A DNA stretch of 60,795 nucleotides from an uncultured Acidimicrobiales bacterium. Its GTDB lineage: Bacteria; Actinomycetota; Acidimicrobiia; Acidimicrobiales; SZUA-35. The notes below the pieces were generated by a model. That model searched no databases and was not told the DNA's origin. It was given only the letters and a program-made list of their open reading frames with translations. Below are positions 57,731-60,795 of this stretch, in pieces. Numbering within the stretch: the stretch's first letter is position 1; each line of letters begins with the position of its first letter. The stretch covers positions 1 through 60,795 of the forward strand of contig CALJMD010000121.1 in assembly GCA_937981915.1 (NCBI GenBank), given 5' to 3'. Position numbers and translations under genes: made by a program.

Positions 57731-58369
57731 GTGACGCTCCTCTCCGGTGCCGTCCTTTGTGGCGGGGCGTCCTCTCGATTTGGGATGGATAAAGCCCTTG
57801 CCCCGGTCGCCGGCAAACCTATGGCCTTACGGGCCGTGCAGGCGATGAGGGATGTTGGAGTGGACCCCATTGTCGCCATAGCGGCCAACGAAGAACAGGG
57901 AGCTCGACTATCGCAGGTCCTATCTGTGCCGTCCATTGTCGATCGTTGGCCGGGAGAGGGGCCACTTGGGGGCCTGCTCACAGCGTTGCTTTGGTACAGG
58001 CGTGGCTCGGTTCTAACTCTGCCCTGCGATCTGCCGTTGGTGACCGGAGCCGATCTCGAGCCTCTGCGTGCACGCTTCGATGCCCAGGATGCGCCAGCGG
58101 TCGTTGCCGCTACGTCAGCTGGGCCAAACTGCACCATCGGCATCTGGCCGGCAGGCCTTGGGCCCGCTCTCAAAGCCAGGTTTGATGCCGGCGCTCGCCG
58201 GCTCGACACCGTCTTGGACGTTGCCGACTACGCAACGGTCACATTGCCCGAACGGTCGGTCGAGGATGCTGACACCGAACAGCAACTTCGGCGATTACTC
58301 GAACACGGGTCCTCGGGAACATCAGCCGAAAGGCCGCCGGATGGACCGTCGCCGTCGCCTTCTCAGTAG
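57731..58369 (+). CDS. mobA: Molybdenum cofactor guanylyltransferase MobA
   Basis: 'GAVLCGGASSRFGMDKAL', 'DRWPGEGPLGGLLTAL' and 'LPCDLPLV'. GTG 57731 is preferred, because the ORF-track extension from 57575 overlaps the DUF3151 gene. Confidence 0.85.
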   Translation: MTLLSGAVLCGGASSRFGMDKALAPVAGKPMALRAVQAMRDVGVDPIVAIAANEEQGARLSQVLSVPSIVDRWPGEGPLGGLLTALLWYRRGSVLTLPCDLPLVTGADLEPLRARFDAQDAPAVVAATSAGPNCTIGIWPAGLGPALKARFDAGARRLDTVLDVADYATVTLPERSVEDADTEQQLRRLLEHGSSGTSAERPPDGPSPSPSQ

Positions 58370-58488
58370 ATGGCTGTTGGCCATCGCTGCCGGGCAAAGT
58401 TGTAGAAATAAGGAGCTACCGGCCGATGGAGTCGAGAACCCGGCTCAGCTGATGCTATGTTCAACAGTGGCCAAACGGTCGTGATTGC

Positions 58489-59676
58489 ATGAACTCTCCC
58501 AACTACCAGCTGGTGACGACGGCCGACGACTTCGACTCCGTCATCGAGCAACTCGTCGATGCTGAGCGCTACGCCATCGACACCGAGTTCCACCGCGAGA
58601 GAACCTATTTCCCTCAGGTGGCTCTCGTACAGCTGACCGCAGGCGAAGATATCTGGCTCGTCGATCCGCTGGAAGTTGACCTAGCCCCACTGGCCAAGAT
58701 CCTCGACGGGGACGGACTGTGTCTCATACACGCCGGTAGCCAAGACCTCGAGGTCCTCGACCTTGTGTGTGGCACTGCACCCAAACGTATTCTTGACACC
58801 CAGATTGCGGCCGGATTTGTCGGCGTTTCCAGTGGTTCGCTGGCCTCGCTGGTCAACCAGTTCTTAGGTGTGCATCTGCCGAAGGGCGACCGTTTGACGG
58901 ACTGGCTTCGCCGCCCACTAACCGAGGACCAGCTGAGCTACGCGGCGTCGGACGTCGAACATTTGCACGCCTTGATCGCGACGCTGGAAGAGAAGTTGCA
59001 TGCACTTGATCGATTCCCATGGGTCGAAGAAGAGTGTCAGATACTTCTTGACCGTCCTAGGGGTCGCCGGGTTCCCGAAGATGCCATCCTCCGACTCAAA
59101 GAAGCCCGGAGTCTGTCCGGGGAGGCGTTCCAGGTCGGCGCATCAGTGGCTGCATGGCGAGAGCGCCGCGCCGCTGAGTCGAACGTTCCAGTCCGTCAGG
59201 TGCTGTCAGATCTTGGGGTCGTCGCCATCGCACAACGGGCGCCCACCTCACCCAAACAGCTTCGTAGCCTGCGAGGTGTCGAGCAGCGTCATCTGAAGAA
59301 CGGCGCCGACACGGAAATTCTCACTGCGGTACGTGCGGCCAAGACAATGGAGGTCGAGGTCGAGCCCGCCAGTAAGAACGCGCAGCTGTCGCGTCAGCTT
59401 CGACCAGTCGTCAGCCTCATAACGGCATGGGTCTCACAACTGGCACGAGATAACAAGCTCGATCCGGCCATTTTGGCCACTCGAGCCGATATCGAAGGCC
59501 TGCTTCGGAAGGATCCGGCGGGTCGGTTGAATTTCGGCTGGCGGCAAGAGTTAGTAGGCGGTCCGATTGACCGACTGGTCTCGGGAAGCGCAGCTGTCGC
59601 ATTCAACGGTGATGGACGGCTGTTGTTGGAAGAACGGAGCGGGCGAGAGCTCCCTCTTGGGGGCAGTGACGCGTGA
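58489..59676 (+). CDS. rnd: Ribonuclease D (DEDD 3'-5' exonuclease with HRDC domain)
   Basis: 'AIDTEFHRERTYFPQVALVQL', 'IHAGSQDLEVL', 'SYAASDVEHL' and an HRDC-like 'VAAWRERRAAESNVPVRQVLSD'. Confidence 0.88.
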   Translation: MNSPNYQLVTTADDFDSVIEQLVDAERYAIDTEFHRERTYFPQVALVQLTAGEDIWLVDPLEVDLAPLAKILDGDGLCLIHAGSQDLEVLDLVCGTAPKRILDTQIAAGFVGVSSGSLASLVNQFLGVHLPKGDRLTDWLRRPLTEDQLSYAASDVEHLHALIATLEEKLHALDRFPWVEEECQILLDRPRGRRVPEDAILRLKEARSLSGEAFQVGASVAAWRERRAAESNVPVRQVLSDLGVVAIAQRAPTSPKQLRSLRGVEQRHLKNGADTEILTAVRAAKTMEVEVEPASKNAQLSRQLRPVVSLITAWVSQLARDNKLDPAILATRADIEGLLRKDPAGRLNFGWRQELVGGPIDRLVSGSAAVAFNGDGRLLLEERSGRELPLGGSDA

Positions 59677-59817
59677 AGGCCGCTCTCAACTACTAGACTT
59701 GGGCTGAAGCGTAGGTAGTTACGGTTCGCTAGGCCCTTGATTCACCGTCTACAGTTAAGAAGCTTTAGATTCAATCTGGGCCGTCGCATTGACAGTCGAA
59801 ATTTGCAGGAGTGTCCC

Positions 59818-60003
59818 ATGAAAAAGGGGCGTCATCGCCGGTACGAAGAAGCACGAGCACTGAAGCGTTCCCGCGACGGAGACGACATTGAGTCGTTGAT
59901 GGATCGATTGAGCGAAGACCCGTTTGACCTACCAACGACAGCTGAGGCCGAGCAGGTAGCTGGCTACGACGAAGACGAGTACGACGACTTCGACGAGGAC
60001 TAA
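59818..60003 (+). CDS. Small basic-N/acidic-C protein (DUF3073-like by composition)
   Basis: ATG 59818 follows GCAGGAG. The translation is MKKGRHRRYEEARALKRSR...DEDEYDDFDED. The upstream part of the track ORF (from 59737) is unsupported. Confidence 0.5.
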   Translation: MKKGRHRRYEEARALKRSRDGDDIESLMDRLSEDPFDLPTTAEAEQVAGYDEDEYDDFDED

Positions 60004-60776
60004 CCCGCGGGTCGCTCTACGAAGTTCACGGGCGTAGCCCCGGTCGGCGTGGCAGGCGGGTGCAGTTGGATCAGTTCGGATACGAGCTGGTCGTAGATGT
60101 TGGCACCCACCATCTCCGTTAACTCGTCACGGCAGGTCACGTAGAGGCTCTTGTCGTGGTTGTAAGTCGACGCATCCTCGATGCACCACCAGTTGAAGTC
60201 GTCGCCCCCGGGACCCCAGTCTCGCCGCTGCCACGGTCTGACCATGACAGTCTCGTACCCGTAGTCATCGGTGTGAATCTCCGTTCTGATCGGGACCTGC
60301 CAGCAGACATCGGGTTTCCAATCCATTGGACGCTCGCCGCGACGTTCAGCTGCTGCGTGCAGCGCGCAGCCGGCGCCTCCTTCGAACCCATCGCGGTTCA
60401 AGAAGATGCAAGCGCCAGCTGCCTTCCGGCTGACCCATTCGCCCTTCTTGGTCTTGCGCAACGGACCGCCCTTCTTTGCCGCACGATCGGCGAACTGCCA
60501 TTCGTGGGCTTCCAGGAGTCGAACCTTCGACTCGACGTTCTTGCGGTCCGTCTTGTCCAGAAGATGGGCACCGTGCACACAACAGCCCAGGGTTTCCGAC
60601 CGATCGACCTCTGTGTCGATCGACTTGCATCCTGCGCCGTAGATACAACCAAAGCCCGACAACATGAAGTCGATGTCAAACATCCAGGTGGTCGTCGAGT
60701 CGGCGTCTTCGATAGCCAGCCAACGGATGGCCGATTCAGATGTAGGCACCAGCGCTAGGCTACCGCTGCCGGCCAC
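60000..60776 (-). CDS. Conserved cysteine-rich hypothetical protein (possible metal or Fe-S binding)
   Basis: A 258-aa ORF with recurring Cys motifs ('GCIYGAGC', 'GCCVHGA', 'GACIFLN', 'GCALH', 'DVCWQ'). I cannot name the family with confidence. Confidence 0.7.
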   Translation of the reverse strand: MAGSGSLALVPTSESAIRWLAIEDADSTTTWMFDIDFMLSGFGCIYGAGCKSIDTEVDRSETLGCCVHGAHLLDKTDRKNVESKVRLLEAHEWQFADRAAKKGGPLRKTKKGEWVSRKAAGACIFLNRDGFEGGAGCALHAAAERRGERPMDWKPDVCWQVPIRTEIHTDDYGYETVMVRPWQRRDWGPGGDDFNWWCIEDASTYNHDKSLYVTCRDELTEMVGANIYDQLVSELIQLHPPATPTGATPVNFVERPAG

Positions 60777-60795
60777 AGTCTGGCCGGTGTAGCCC

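Noticed and set aside
1-60795. A search by eye for CRISPR repeats, IS or transposase or integrase genes, rRNA, and long direct repeats
   Set aside because: - None was seen.
- The only DNA-level repeat noted is the short in-frame acidic repeat in the binding-protein gene.
- An exhaustive repeat search would need computation, which I could not run.

Overview
High-GC, gene-dense chromosomal window. It looks actinobacterial: it has a mycothiol-type DinB/MDMPI protein, DUF3151, a conservon operon and a GlbO-like globin. The class is not determinable here.

I support about 57 protein-coding genes, almost all core metabolism or housekeeping:
- Acyl-CoA and lipid metabolism: three acyl-CoA ligases, two crotonases, a fatty-acid desaturase, a patatin-like lipase and a glycerophosphodiesterase.
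- Central and nitrogen metabolism: gltBD, pyk, membrane pyrophosphatase, amidase, GGT and an M18 aminopeptidase.
- DNA and RNA enzymes: PolX, Nei, an SNF2 helicase, RNase D and TrmH.
- Other: mobA and mobB, aqpZ, psuG, and a Liv-type ABC importer operon.

I saw no rRNA, tRNA, CRISPR array, IS or transposase, or prophage genes.

The observations most worth follow-up are:
1. A SelW-like (Rdx family) gene, only partly reported by the ORF track, with an in-frame TGA exactly at the CxxU redox position and a hairpin at SECIS distance (19126..19392, minus strand).
2. The adjacent TrmH gene, whose conserved N-terminus has no canonical start codon. It meets the selenoprotein gene at a C5 run.
3. An in-frame alanine racemase-truncated haemoglobin fusion at the left edge of the window.
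4. A cvnABCD-type 'conservon' GTPase signalling operon divergently paired with a DUF4388 gene.
5. Two c-di-GMP-family proteins with degenerate catalytic motifs.
6. An acyl-CoA ligase translationally coupled to a Liv-type ABC importer.

All calls rest on by-eye motif recognition and manual translation or folding. No database search or computation was run.
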